Assembly: GCA_964016885.1 (NCBI GenBank)
Contig: CAXHJY010000725.1
Coordinates: 93,021 to 157,020 of the forward strand
Source of the DNA: Eledone cirrhosa
Lineage: Eukaryota
Direction of reading: 5' to 3'
Length of the DNA: 64,000 nt
Shown here: piece after piece, positions 1-15,035 of the stretch
How the letters are laid out: each line of letters begins with the position of its first letter
Position numbering within the stretch: position 1 is the first letter of the stretch
Notes under the pieces: generated by a model
Database searches by the model: none
Seen by the model: the letters and a program-made list of their open reading frames with translations, nothing else
What the model was told of the DNA's origin: nothing
Made by a program: the position numbers and the translations under genes

Positions 1-1236
1 AGAAGATAGGCGGAATATTCTGAGGGATGTACTATGTGCTATGGAGTTAATTATAGATCGAGGGTGGTTTGAGGTATAACTAACGTAGGCTAGATTTTCG
101 TTATTTTTATGGAAGGGCTCTATTAGTCCTGTGTTTAGGTTGAGTGTTACTTCTAAGAGGTTTGCCTTTTTAGAGTTAAATTCGAAAGTGATACTTAGGC
201 CTAGTTTGTTGAAGAAGACTCTGATGTTTTGCCTTAATCTTTTTTTAGGTTTTTAGCTAAAAGGAGTGTGTCGTCTCTATAAATTCCTCCTTGGAGGTTA
301 TTAAATTCCTTATGTAAGTTATGCGCTATATATATTCCAACTATGTCTGTTACCTGTGCTGAGTCGCTAGATCCCATTGTGATATCGAAGCTATTCTGTC
401 TATTTTTTCGTTCCCAGTAACTATCTTCGAATCTAATGATAGTTCTCCTATCAGCTAGTACTATTCTAATTTCATCAGAGCTTCGGTCCGAGTTTTTCTG
501 GGCAAAGGCTAGCGCTTTATCTAGGGTGACTGGGGAGATGGAGAAGTAGTAGTCGTTGATGTCAAACTGTACGAAGTTGGATGTTTCCCAACTGTCTATT
601 TTGTTGAACCAGTCTATTGCTTCGTTAGTGTTACCCCATAGCTTAATTACTAGTTTGTCCTTGATTTGTGCTATTACTCTATCTAGTATATAATTCTATC
701 TATATCCGACTTCGATAGGCATATTAATCTAATTGTGGCGTCTGTTTCGAAATTATTTTTATGATCTTTTCGGTTAAATGTGGGGTTACAAGGGGTTAGA
801 GGCTCGGTTCTATCAGATATTTTCAGTTTTTTTTTACTATGCTAAGTCATTCCTTATTAATGCTAGTGAGGGCAGATTCTGTAGTTTTCTTGTATTTTTT
901 GTGCAGTTAACGGCGTGAAAAGTTATTGTATGTATTAAGGCTCATGGTGTATACGTTTGATGTTTTGTCTGCTTTTACTATAATACCGTTGGTGTTGCGT
1001 AGTTTCTTCAGCAGTGTATTGATGTCGTTTTGCAGTTGTACTTATTTTTTTAACTTATTTTTTACATCTGTACCATCTTCATTCTATCTTCTTTACCTCT
1101 TTATCATTATCTTTTATAATTGATTTTATTGTTTTGATTCTCCGTTGAATCTCTCTATATATACCAATGCCATATGTAAAACTTCCAGTATTTCGTTGAT
1201 TTTTATCAGAGGTAAATACTCTATTTAAGGTGGAGT
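1..1236 (-). pseudogene. Degenerate PLE reverse transcriptase (N-terminal half, runs off the window)
   Basis: Minus-strand translation gives FVQFDINDYYFSISP (motif A), FDITMGSSDSAQVTDIVGIY (motif B') and GGIYRDDTLL (motif C), collinear with the ORF at 28848-31034; interrupted by stops and frameshifts. Confidence 0.9.
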
Positions 1237-1498
1237 GACGCAGCTTCAAGTGATTAGCGGCCTTTAGACTCACCTGATCAATGAAACAATTGTTAATACT
1301 TGAAATAAAACCCTTTTTTACAGCCGACCATGTTATTCTTCAATCTTTCACTATTATTACTCCAAGTATAACCTGCATAGGAATTCTCGCGAACTCGCTA
1401 CCTAACTATGGAAACCTCTTGTTGAGTCAAACAAAGCCGTACGTTAAAACTATCCACAAACTCTAAATGGATTACCTAAAATGATAACTTGTTATCCC

Positions 1499-1500
<2 letters not shown>
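1237..1500 (+). mobile_element. PLE terminal repeat, inverted relative to the adjacent RT; same family as 6182-6460
   Basis: Near-identical to 6182-6460; contains GAAACAATTGTT (hammerhead 3' half); ends directly in (TA)n. Confidence 0.75.
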
Positions 1501-1559
<59 letters not shown>

Positions 1560-1903
1560 AATGGAAGATTTGTAAAATCGAAGCTTCAGCTGTAGCCAAA
1601 CCAACGAGATAGAATCAGGAGTTGTGCAGCCAAGCACTCAATGAGGAATCTCAGAGTAATAACATTCGTTAGACGGCATGACAAATTGAAAACTGTGGCA
1701 GGCAAGCCTAGCTATGACACCGAAGCAACGAGAAAATCAACAGGTTAATAATACAAACCTGGACCATCTCAGAGGCAGATCGTCGTTTCTCCGATAGGTT
1801 TCTATGAAATCAAAATCAACAATCCTACTTGCGCAAGTATGCAAGTTTTGGTGTTTGAAGACCGAACTGGGGATTCAAGTTACATATCTATATATATATA
1901 AGT

Positions 1904-1954
<51 letters not shown>

Positions 1955-2038
1955 CCCCCTTCCTGCTCTATCAAGCGTTAACCTAATATATACCTTCCAT
2001 ATACTGTACCGATTATGTTATTATTTCTGTTTACCTTT

Positions 2039-2106
<68 letters not shown>

Positions 2107-2370
2107 ATTATTTATTTTATTATATTTATTTATTTACTTTATTTTATTTTATTAGCTCAGCGCCTATGATGGTGAGTAGGGAGGTAGCCCTGGGGTCGAG
2201 GACACCAGAAGTCTCCACTGCCAAGGGTACAACCGCAAACCTGTCGGAGAGCGACCGCTATTTGAAGAGTTGCGGCAGAACCTGGGTTAGTCGCAGACTG
2301 CACCAGGTTGCGGCCGGATCGAGAATATATCAAATGCCACTGTACATTATAGTTTCGTATCTATCTGTAA

Positions 2371-4896
<2,526 letters not shown>

Positions 4897-5202
4897 TATA
4901 TAGCAGTAGACGTATTAACTATGTAGAAACCAACGACGATATTGTTAACTACCACTCTATAAAGATAATCAAACTCTATAATATAACTGTATATAATTAT
5001 ATTTTGTCTCTTTTCCCCACACGAGCCATACTTTCTTTCAAAAACGTATTGAAATGATAGTCTTAGAATTCATAGAATACAACTAAAAGTAAAGTAAAAT
5101 ACAAAACAAAGAGGGTGGGTTCAAATGTTCTAAAGGGCTTTCATTTGTGTCAGAAGTCAGCGTTCTCTCCTGACGGTTTTGTCTATCTGTCTCCCCATTT
5201 TT

Positions 5203-5240
5203 TATTTCTTTCTTTCTCTTTCTTTCTTTCTTTCTTTCTT

Positions 5241-5271
<31 letters not shown>

Positions 5272-5306
5272 TTTCTTTTTTTCTTTTTTCATTTATTTAT
5301 TTCTTC

Positions 5307-5353
<47 letters not shown>

Positions 5354-5362
5354 TTTTTCTTT
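5203..5362. repeat. (TTTC)n microsatellite
   Basis: Directly visible. Confidence 0.95.
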
Positions 5363-5957
5363 CATTGTCTCTCTCTCTGTCTGTAAACTCTCTCACACAC
5401 ACACACAGATACACCCACACACACATAGATGTATAGGAGGCTGATAAATGTTACGAGTCATACAAACACATAACCGGTTATTAAGTATTCGTTGTTAACG
5501 TAAATACAAGCACACATACATAGATACACACACACAACAACAACAACAAGCATAGTTATGTTACCAAATTTGGTGAAGAAACCGAATATTACTTATTCCC
5601 TTCATAAAATAGCGAGTTATGAACTGGTAAATGATAATTGTTGGACGCCATTTTAATTTGCTGCTTGTGTCCTTCTGTATTTCGTATCAGTGTTGAAGGG
5701 ATCCTGTCTCCTCATTGAACACTTGCTCTGTTATGTAAAGCATCACCACCACCGCCGCCACCAACACCATCACTACCACCACCAACACTACCACCACCAA
5801 CACCACAATCACCACGGCCATACCACCATCAAAACTATACAACACCACCTCTCGTTTAATAATGTTCACATATAACGTAGGAGACTCCACGACCGTTACA
5901 ATGTCAGCACTTTCATCTTCCTCGACAACATTTATGTTATACACTGTTCAACAAGCC

Positions 5958-6057
<100 letters not shown>

Positions 6058-6061
6058 ATAT

Positions 6062-6458
6062 TTAGAGAAAGAGTGAAGAATAACATGGTCCGCTGTACAA
6101 AAAGGGTTTTATTTACAGAATTAACAATTGTTTCATTGATCAGGTGAGTCTAAAGGCCGCTAATCACTCGAAATTGCGTCTGACGCAATTTCGAGTGATT
6201 AGCGGCCTTTAGACTCATCTGATCAATGAAACAATTGTTAATTCTGTAAATAAAACCCTTTTTGTACAGCGGACCATGTTATTCTTCACACTTTCTCTAC
6301 TATTACTCCAAGAATAATCTGCATGGGAATTCTCGCAAACTCGCTACCTAACTAAGGAAACGTCTTGTTGAGTCAAACAGCGCCATACGTTAAAACTATC
6401 CATAGTACAAAGTACTCACTAACTCTAACTGGATTACCTAAAACGATAACTTATTATC

Positions 6459-6460
<2 letters not shown>
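6062..6460 (+). mobile_element. Fold-back PLE terminal-repeat insertion in (TA)n
   Basis: Near-perfect palindrome 6062-6180 / 6182-6299 with a 1-nt centre; right arm continues about 160 bp to 6460; (TA)n on both sides. Confidence 0.85.
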
Positions 6461-6530
<70 letters not shown>

Positions 6531-6532
<2 letters not shown>

Positions 6533-6668
6533 CGAAGGAAATGTGGTAAGTAAGGAACCAGATGGACCATAACGCACCAAAATACTCAATACTTAGGGTA
6601 GTATAGTGGGTAATTGGAACGAGTAGGACCCCGACGAGTAGCTCAGCCGTCGGGTTCCTACTCGTTCC
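6531..6668 (-). mobile_element. Short PLE 3'-end insertion capped by a hairpin (family of 44935-45999)
   Basis: 6531-6650 matches 44935-45047; terminal hairpin 6616-6668; flanked by (TA)n. Confidence 0.8.
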
Positions 6669-6696
6669 TATATATATATATATGCGGAACAGGAAG

Positions 6697-6729
<33 letters not shown>

Positions 6730-6799
6730 CATATATATATATATATAAAGAGAGAGAGAGAAGTAGAATGCTGGAAGGTAATATCCGTAGTGGTAGAAC

Positions 6800-7994
6800 A
6801 CTTAGTCCATGTCCATGTCTCTAGCGTAGATTTCTTAGACATTAATTTAGACCATCGCACACATACCTTCAGACCCTTCCATAAGCTAAACGAAAAACTT
6901 AATTACATACACAAGGACTCGTGCCACCCTCCTACTGTTTTTAGAAACTTCGTAAATAATATCAGTACTAGAATCTCTACCCTCTCCTCTAATAAGGTTA
7001 TCTTTGACAGAGCAGCACCCTACTATAACACGCCGTTAGCTAACAGCGGCTTCTCGCAACCAATTACTTACTCCCCCACTAACAACAACAGCAATAAGAA
7101 ATCGTAACAATAGACAAACTATCTGGTTCTCTCCTCTCTTCTCACTCAACGTTAAAACTAATGTAGGAAAACAATTTTTAGCCCCCTTAGACACTTTCCC
7201 ATAGGTCACAAATACCGCTCCATCTTTAACAGACACAGAGTAAAACTAGGGTACTCCTGCGCTAAAAATATGAAGGCCCACATCACCAACCGTCCTAAGA
7301 GCGGCACCCCACCAGGATGCTCTTGCAGAATGCCTGAAGCTTGTCCCCCTCAACAGCAATGCAACACACCCGCTGTAGTTTATGAAGCTGTGGTCACTTT
7401 CAACTGACCAAATCAACCACAGGAGGTCAAAACCTATGTGGATATGGCGGAGGGCCGATTTAAGAAACGCTTCTTGAACCATCAGTTGACCTTTAGGTAC
7501 CCGGACAAACGACCATCCACGAAACTCGCGAGCCACGTATGGTCACTCAAGGACTCAGGTATAGACTACCCCATTCAATGGGAAGCCATCACTAAGTCCA
7601 AGCTGTACGTAAGGGGCAATCCTTCTTGTAGACTATGTATTGAAAAAAGGTTAAATAAGGAGATTATGCAATAGCGATTACCTAAATTCAACAGAGGAAA
7701 TCTTCTTACGTTGTCCATATGTCTGGAAACACCTCTTGCATAACTACAAAGCTCCGGATTGAATAAGAACAACATTCTAATTTTCTAATCAACTCGAACT
7801 TCTTTTCCGGACTCTCGCAGTTATCTTCCTTAAACCTTTCGCCGTGGCATTGTATCTCTTGGGTGAAGTGACCGTTTCTGCGCATGCGTGTTCATACGGT
7901 TGTTCTTCCTGTTCCGCATAACCATGACCAGTCCGAGCTGAAGATCCGCTAAGGTGAAACAATTATTCTCGGTATGGTGAACTAAATGTTATGT

Positions 7995-8000
<6 letters not shown>
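6800..8000 (+). pseudogene. 5'-truncated PLE: RT thumb, CxC zinc motif, GIY-YIG and 3' repeat
   Basis: VDFLDINLD..FRPFHK..NYIHKDSCHPP; GCSCRMPEACPL; FKKRFLNHQLTF..TKLASHVWSLKD..CRLC; frameshifts; 17-bp inverted remnant of 7904-7920 at 6681-6697. Confidence 0.9.
7927..7978 (+). ncRNA. Type I hammerhead motif in PLE 3' repeat (degenerate stem III)
   Basis: ccgag-CTGAAGA-tccgctaaggt-GAAA-caatta-TT-ctcgg; stem I extends through acca/tggt. Confidence 0.6.
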
Positions 8001-8052
<52 letters not shown>

Positions 8053-8061
<9 letters not shown>

Positions 8062-8292
8062 GAAAGTGAACAACACAATATCTACCTACCCCATATCCAA
8101 AGGTTTCAGAACCCTAGACAATATTAACATAAGTCTAGGTCGTTCATCAGACACGTATATTAATATTGTCTAGGGTCCTGAAACCTTTGGTAATGGAGTA
8201 GTTATATATTGTGTTGTTCACTTTCTAATTATATAGCTCTGTATTATATATAGAGCACTCTCTTTTTCCTTCGCTTTTTCTTCGGAAATACC
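8053..8292. mobile_element. Small fold-back insertion with degenerate hammerhead
   Basis: Arms 8053-8127 / 8160-8233; minus strand CTGATGA-acgacctagac..gtctagggttct-GAAA-cctttgg; (TA)n flanks. Confidence 0.7.
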
Positions 8293-8308
8293 CACACACA
8301 CACATATG

Positions 8309-8350
<42 letters not shown>

Positions 8351-8351
8351 G

Positions 8352-9792
8352 GAAAAATTTGAACAGGAACAAAACAGAGAGGCAGTACAACGAATGTTTA
8401 TTAATTTCACGCTCTGGAGAGTGGGGTGGTGGTGGGGAACGACGTTTCGGGCATAAGCCCTTCCTCAGGTGAGAAGTGTGTGGGAACAGAGTTCAAAGGG
8501 TGTGTAGGGGAGTGGTAGAGAGACATATAGCGAAAGGAAACGGTGCGAATGAAATTAAAAATACAAATAAAAATAAAGCATGATCAAAATACAAGGAATG
8601 AAATAAAATTAAATATAAAAGCATGATCAAAATAAACTGAAATTAAAAAGGGGTAAAACAGGTGGTGAAAGGGTGTGGGGTGTGTAGGGGTGGTGGCGGG
8701 TGGAGTGGGGAGAGGGAGACGGGGTGTCCGAGCGGGGAGGGCTGAAGGTGGTGTGTGTGTGTAGGTGTACGTGTGTGTGTGTGTGTGTGTGTGTATGTGA
8801 AAGTAAGGTTTGGGGGAAGAACGGGGTTGCATGTTCAGGAAGAGGTGTGTGTGTGTGTGGGGGGGAGTTGTAGGTCGGAGTGTCTGTGCGTGTGTGGATA
8901 GAGGGGTGAGGGAGAGGAATCAGGAGGCTGAGGGTGTAAATATGTGGTGGAAAGCACGTGTGTGTGGGGTTTAAGCGTGTTGTGGGTGTAGGTGGCGTGT
9001 GGAGAAAAAAAATTTTTTGGGTGTGTGTGTGGGTGAGTTATATAGGTGATTCCGTAAGAGGATGGTTGAAAAAGTTGGTAAATTCCTATGATATTTAGTA
9101 GATTCCGTGGTGGTCAATTCCACATACGAGTATTCCATGAAGAGATGGTCGGAAGAGGAGCGATGTGGGGTGCGCGCGCAACAGGAAGTGGTCAAGCAGT
9201 GGGAGTGCTGTGTGTCTGTTTGTGCTGGGAGGTGGTCAGAGGGCATAGCAGCAGTCGGTGGAATGGTAAAGGGGCGAGGATGGGTAGGTGTGAAAGTTGG
9301 AGTGAGGAGGGTGTGTGGGTGTATTAGTAGAGGTGTTTGTGGGATGAGTGAGTGTGGAGCGAGGGTGTGGGTGGAGCGGGGAGAGAATGTGTGTGTAGTT
9401 CTATGGAGGGAGTGTGGTGTACTTGTGTGTGTGTAGTTTGATGAAGGGGTGTTAGTGGAGGTGTTAGTATTGTTAGTTGTGGGGTGGGGGTGAAAAGGAG
9501 GGGTGTGTTAGTGGTGTTAGTGGGGGATAAGTCTGGGGGAGGGGGCGGGGGGCCGAAGGCTAAATGAATAAGGGTGGGGAGTTCAGGCCGGGGAGAGTGT
9601 GGGTCTGTAAGATGAAGATAGTTCTTTGTTCGACTCTAAGGCGATTGGCGGGGGTTCCGTGGCATTGGAGTAGGCCACAGACTGTGAGATGGCGTGCGGA
9701 ATGTCCAGGGCCACCAAAGTGGCGGGCGATGAGGGAACTACCACCGAGACGAATATCCCGGAGGTGCTCAGTGAATCGGTCCGCCAGGCGAC
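8352..9792 (-). mobile_element. 5'-truncated PLE: GIY-YIG C-terminus, long C-rich 3' UTR and hammerhead
   Basis: 9560-9790 encodes [38 protein letters not shown]; 3' end shared with 11041-11123 and 13815-13985; both ends in (TA)n. Confidence 0.85.
8439..8470 (-). ncRNA. Minimal hammerhead with short palindromic stem III
   Basis: ac-CTGAGGA-a-gggc-ttat-gccc-GAAA-cg-TC-gt. Confidence 0.7.
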
Positions 9793-9817
9793 ATATATAT
9801 ATATATATGTATATATG

Positions 9818-9866
<49 letters not shown>

Positions 9867-9885
9867 ATATTTATACACACACACA

Positions 9886-9944
<59 letters not shown>

Positions 9945-10121
9945 GTATATATATATAAATATATATATATATAAATATATATATATGCAGAGGTTATGTT
10001 TAATTTGTTGGGATTCAACAAGCTTAAACATTTTTTATAACCGATATAAAGCACTCAACAAGTTAGTGGAGTAAATATATAATATATTAATAAATGGAAA
10101 CTATATTTATAAAACCATATT

Positions 10122-10187
10122 TATTTTATTATACATATTTCAAGGGTAACCAAGGCAAATTATGGTGCGCTTTCATCAGATAAAATA
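10122..10187 (-). ncRNA. Type I hammerhead (family B)
   Basis: Reverse-complement copy of 10323-10388. Confidence 0.8.
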
Positions 10188-10322
10188 CAGATTTGTTTTA
10201 TAAAGAAATATTGACATACCCGGAAAAAAAGACAACCTTGATGCTTCCTATCCAGGAATCTCCAACCGTCAAGGTTGTCTTTTTTTCCGGGTATGTCAAT
10301 ATTTATTTATAAAACAAATCTG

Positions 10323-10388
10323 TATTTTATCTGATGAAAGCGCACCATAATTTGCCTTGGTTGCCCTTGAAATATATATAATAAAATA
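10323..10388 (+). ncRNA. Type I hammerhead (family B)
   Basis: tattttat-CTGATGA-aagcgcacc..ggttgccctt-GAAA-tatata-TA-ataaaata; 8-bp stem I. Confidence 0.85.
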
Positions 10389-10426
10389 AATATGGTTTTA
10401 TAAATATAGTTTCCATTTATTAATAT

Positions 10427-10530
<104 letters not shown>

Positions 10531-10556
10531 GGTGTATACATATATTTATTAATATA

Positions 10557-10610
<54 letters not shown>

Positions 10611-10745
10611 ATTGTAAAGGGCACCAAAGAGTCAAGACGCTTTTAAACTAAAACATTTTCAGCTGATAGAGCTTCAACCGGAAGATGTGAAGTCACAGAA
10701 TCAGACATTTAAACCCATTAATAACAACACTCTTATTATTATTAT

Positions 10746-10921
10746 GGCAGTATCGGTAGAGGATCGGACGCCATGCTTTCCAGCATAGTTACGTACCTTT
10801 ACGATCTGAGTTCAAATCCCGCCAAGGTTAACTTTGCCTTTCATCCTTACGGGGTCGATAAAATAAAGTACCAGTAATGCACTGAGATAATTGCTGGCCT
10901 TGTGCCAAAAGTAGAAACAAA
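10746..10921 (+). mobile_element. tRNA-derived SINE family 1 (Meta-domain-like core)
   Basis: B box GAGTTCAAATCCC; core TTAACTTTGCCTTTCATCCTTACGGGGTCGATAAAATAAAGTACCAG; about 10 copies in the window. Confidence 0.85.
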
Positions 10922-11040
10922 TATGAATATATATATATATTAATATATATATATATATATATAGATAGATAGATATAGATATACATATATATACCTGTAA
11001 ATATATATGTCTATATACATATATATATATATATATATAT

Positions 11041-11119
11041 CGCCACCACCCCACTCTCAAGAGCGTGAAACTAATAAACCTTTGTTCGTACTGCCTCTGT
11101 TTTGTTCCCGTTCCATTTT

Positions 11120-11123
<4 letters not shown>
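11041..11123 (+). mobile_element. 83-bp PLE 3'-end-only insertion in (TA)n
   Basis: Matches the reverse complement of 8352-8435. Confidence 0.8.
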
Positions 11124-11209
<86 letters not shown>

Positions 11210-11266
11210 AACACACATATATATATATATATATATATAATGAATACGTACGTATATATATATATA

Positions 11267-11302
<36 letters not shown>

Positions 11303-11847
11303 CGTGTGTATGTGTTGAACCAAATTCAGCCAGCAGTAAATATTTCTTTACCAACTCTCTCACAATTTTTTGTTTGTTTAGCCTTTAAATGTTCAAAGAG
11401 ATTTTCGGCGTTCTACTGAATTGAATTAAGGCTTTATTGGTGTGTAGCGCCGATGTATGGTCGTTCATCCGCACACCCTGAACAGTGTTTTGTTGTTGTC
11501 TTTGTTTTGTTCTTTTGCCATTTCTTCCACCACAATACCTTCGTTATTTACTATTTACTATTTTTCTCCTTTCCCCATATTGCATAATGTGCTTACTTTA
11601 GTTTAAAAGTGTTACAACGATAAAGATGATTCACTCCAAGTGTATCTTTTAAGTTTCATTTTCTTTCCTCTTTCATTTTATTTTACAACTAGTGGACTGT
11701 TAACAGACCTGTCGACTCTCCCTGTCCGACGAGGAGAGTCGACATATCTGCGAAACAGCGTGGTTCTGGGTCTCATCACATACACATCACTTTGGGCAAG
11801 TTAGTGTCTTGTACGCCATGTAAACTGATATGGTGAAAAACTATATA

Positions 11848-12035
11848 CAGACCTGTCATCTTTCCCCGTCCCACGGGGAGATCTCCCACCCACTTTGGAG
11901 TGGGTGAGAGATGTCTTCTCTTGTGAAAATAGGTATAGCTTTCATTATGTAAAATCTTCCCATTTGCCTCATTTCTTCCCGGTTTGGGGCACTTTTTCTC
12001 ATGATACTCCCCGTTTGGGCTTTTAGAAGTTGGCG
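11848..12035 (-). mobile_element. MITE copy (TIR CAGACCTGTCAAC family)
   Basis: Inverted homologue of 12934-13135. Confidence 0.75.
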
Positions 12036-12069
12036 TGACTAACTCTCAATAATGATAGCAATAGGGTAA

Positions 12070-12302
12070 GGGGTGAAGGATAAAGACCCCCTTCGGTCAC
12101 GAATGACCATGGGATTTGCGGCTCCGATCCGAGGCACAAGTCTGGGTAAGGTTGTTCGTGGAAGACCAGCAGTCACCCATGCATACCAGTTTCCCCTCTC
12201 CACGCCAGCGATGTTGTCCAAGGGAAAGGCTATGACCTATACAGCTTGGCACCAGTCACGTCGCAGCTCATTTCTACAGCTGAGTGAATTGGGGCAACAT
12301 GA
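12070..12302 (-). mobile_element. SINE 3' part (V-domain-type family with a distinct tail)
   Basis: Minus strand starts ..GTTGCCCCAATTCACTCAGCTGTAGAAATGAG.., similar to the V-domain end of SINE family 2. Confidence 0.5.
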
Positions 12303-12359
12303 CAGCAATAACAATTGAACGTATATGTTTTGGAGTCCAGGATTGGTATGTCTTAGTTA

Positions 12360-12538
12360 ATAATTGTTTCTACTTTTGGAACAAGGCCAGTGTATTACAG
12401 GTACTTTATTTTATCAACCCCGTAAGGATGAAAGGCAAAGTTAACCTCGGCGGGATTTGAACTCAGACTATAAAGGGCCGTAACTCTTTGCTGCAAAGCG
12501 TAGCGTCCGACCCTCTACCAATACTACTAATCCACCGT
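12360..12538 (-). mobile_element. SINE family 1
   Basis: Reverse complement of the 10746-10921 consensus. Confidence 0.85.
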
Positions 12539-12562
12539 TATGTCTTAGTTAATGATAGCTTT

Positions 12563-12735
12563 CGTGAGGTTGTGAGTTCGATTCCTGGACCAGGCGATGC
12601 GTTATGTCCTTGAGCAAGACATTTTATTTCACTTTGCTCCTTCTACCTGGAGTTGCGACCGATAGATAGTATTAGCAATTGGAAAGACCAACGGAAACAT
12701 TGTTTCCTCGGTCCGATTTGACGAAAGTCGATCAA
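12563..12735 (+). mobile_element. SINE family 2, 5'-truncated
   Basis: Matches 32368-32540. Confidence 0.8.
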
Positions 12736-12933
12736 TCCTTTATTTATTATATAGAAACTACGTAATATGACATCTGCAGTTTGATAATGTCTATCTTCTC
12801 TATTTGGTGGCTGTTTCAGTCAGGTTATGTATGCCGAATTTGGGAGGATGGGTGGTCCGAGTTTGATTTGCTGAATTTCAAGGGTAAGTACAGTCTGGTT
12901 TGGCAAGAGTTGTGAGTGCAAGTTGGCGTTTAC

Positions 12934-13135
12934 AGACCTGTCAACCTCTAAAATCCCAAACGGGGAATACCATGAAAGAAAGTGACCCCAAACGGGGAGA
13001 AATGAAACAAAACAAAAAAATGGGGAGATTTTACATAATGAAAGATATACCCATTTTCACAAGAGAAGACATCTCTCACCCACTCCAAAGTGGGTGGGAG
13101 ATGTTCCCGACGGAGGGGGAGAGTTGATAAGTCTG
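12934..13135 (+). mobile_element. MITE, about 200 bp, hAT-like TIRs
   Basis: CAGACCTGTCAAC...GTTGATAAGTCTG termini; possible TSD cgttta/cgttca; homologues at 11705-11750, 11848-12035 and 32825-32973. Confidence 0.8.
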
Positions 13136-13560
13136 CGTTCAGGTTTGAAATGTTTACTGAGTGTTTGTAGACTGATTGGAGATATAATAGTCTTATTTAC
13201 GTATATACCAAGCTTACTTGATATATGAATAATCATACAGACAAGGAAACTTGATAAATTTATGATTTGCATAAGGAAAATCGTCATAGTTTGTGTTGAT
13301 TATTGACACGTGGGAATAATTAAAGATAATGATGTTTGAATAATTTATTTCTAGGATATATAATTACATAAATGTTCAACATGTATGTACAGATGACACA
13401 GAAGATTAAATTTATGAGTAAGTTTGGAGAAATAATTATTTACTGAAACAAATTTTTGAACTCAACCCAGGACCTTATAATAGGAAAGCGAACATCTTAT
13501 TGTAGCAACATGACTGAGATAGGAAATGTATTGTGTGTGTGTGTATATATATATATATAT

Positions 13561-13722
13561 CAACCCACCTTAATCCTTCTTGTAGTTTCTGTTCTGCCCC
13601 ATCTTATCTTTTTTGAAGAAGGACTTAAGTCCGAAACGTTGAAAGCTCCTCCACTTCTACCAAGCGTGAACCTAATACAACTGTGTACAATTTGTCTCTC
13701 CCGCGTTTGCTTCGTTCTTTTA

Positions 13723-13806
<84 letters not shown>

Positions 13807-13985
13807 TTTAATGTATTTCCACCACTCCCCCTGACACCCCTCAGAACTCTTTTCCTTCCGACTTTTCTCCTGATGAAGGGCTTATGCCCGAAACGTCGTC
13901 CCCCAACCCACTCTCAAGCGTGAACCTAATACTAACACTTTGTACTGCACTCCTCGTTATTGTTTTTGTTTTCTGTTTTAACTTA
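13561..13985 (+). mobile_element. Two related PLE 3'-end insertions, each with a minimal hammerhead, separated by (TA)n
   Basis: 13608-13645 ctttt-TTGAAGA-a-ggac-ttaa-gtcc-GAAA-cg-TT-gaaag; 13869-13898 c-CTGATGA-a-gggc-ttat-gccc-GAAA-cg-TC-g; both followed by caagcgtgaacctaatac. Confidence 0.8.
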
Positions 13986-14042
13986 TATATATATAGAGAG
14001 ACTAAAATCCGAAGAGGACTCTATATATTTATATATAGTATA

Positions 14043-14902
14043 CTAGCAGTAAAGCCCGGCGTTGCTCGGGGTCGCTCAGTAGCTGTGTTAAAGTTACAAT
14101 GTTAAGTTTCTTTCTTGGCTTAAAAACTGTAGTGTCTACTGTGCAGACTTGCATGTGGTGTTTTTGATTAATATTCCCTCAACCAACAATATGCCTTATG
14201 AAGTTAAGAAAACATAACGATAACCCGAATGTTATAACAAAAGAGGATGCTGGGGATAGAAACTGCACTGGTTATTTATTAACAAAGATCGAAAATGTAA
14301 ACACTGCAACGCAGAGAAAAACATTAGCGTAACCAAATTATCAGTTATGTCCGTCTGCACGCCTATATCACCTCTCTGCACGACTGTCTGTCTGCACGCC
14401 TATATCACCTCACTGCACGACTATCTGTCTGCACGCGTATATCACCTCTCTGCACGACTGTCTGTCTGCACGCCTAACGACGAAATATTTGCTTGTTTTA
14501 CGTAGTCTTTAAATAGACTTGTTTTCAAGTAAAAATATTGTTTTAAAATGCTTTTAAATGGAAATGAAGCAAAACGGAAGCTTAGTGTTCGAACTGATGA
14601 ATTTTGCAGGTCAATATTTTGCTGGCTCGACAACTGTTAAAGCCAGCGTAATTTTTTACGTAAGACGCTCAATGTAAACAGAACAAAGGGAAATAACTGA
14701 TAACTTACGCTCAAAAATCGATACATTATATTCGATTTCGTCACATAGGGTGGGTCAATTTGAAATTTTTTTTTCCGATGTCTTCGCTAGGGCTCAATGT
14801 ACAAGTATAGCAATTTCGGTGCAATTCCGTGAGAGATTCTAAGAGGAGATGTGTGCCAAAAATCGATAGACAGACAGACAACCACAGTTTTATATATATA
14901 GA
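14043..14902 (-). mobile_element. Complete non-autonomous Helitron
   Basis: A|TCTATATATATAAAACTGTGGTTGTCTGTCTG 5' end; CCCGAGCAACGCCGGG hairpin followed by CTAG|T at the 3' end; no TSD. Confidence 0.9.
14348..14475. repeat. 37-bp minisatellite, about 3.4 copies, inside the Helitron
   Basis: Unit tctgcacgcctatatcacctctctgcacgactgtctg at 37-bp spacing. Confidence 0.9.
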
Positions 14903-15035
14903 TTATTGATGGATGCAAGGCGATAAAAAGCTGTTTTTGAGACTCGTTACTCTGGAGTTTCGCCACTTAGCCGTTAAATGAATATAAACTATCTTTATAG
15001 CATTTCTGCGCTTCAACACTTTCTTTATACTTATA

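Noticed and set aside
2265-2335. Hammerhead-like TTGAAGA...GAGA motif; similar weak hits near 20600, 25545, 33170 and 44280
   Set aside because: Missing GAAA or unpaired stems I and III; cannot be distinguished from chance or heavy decay by eye.
5687-5944. His-rich or Val-rich ORFs
   Set aside because: Produced by a degenerate (CAC/CAA)n repeat.
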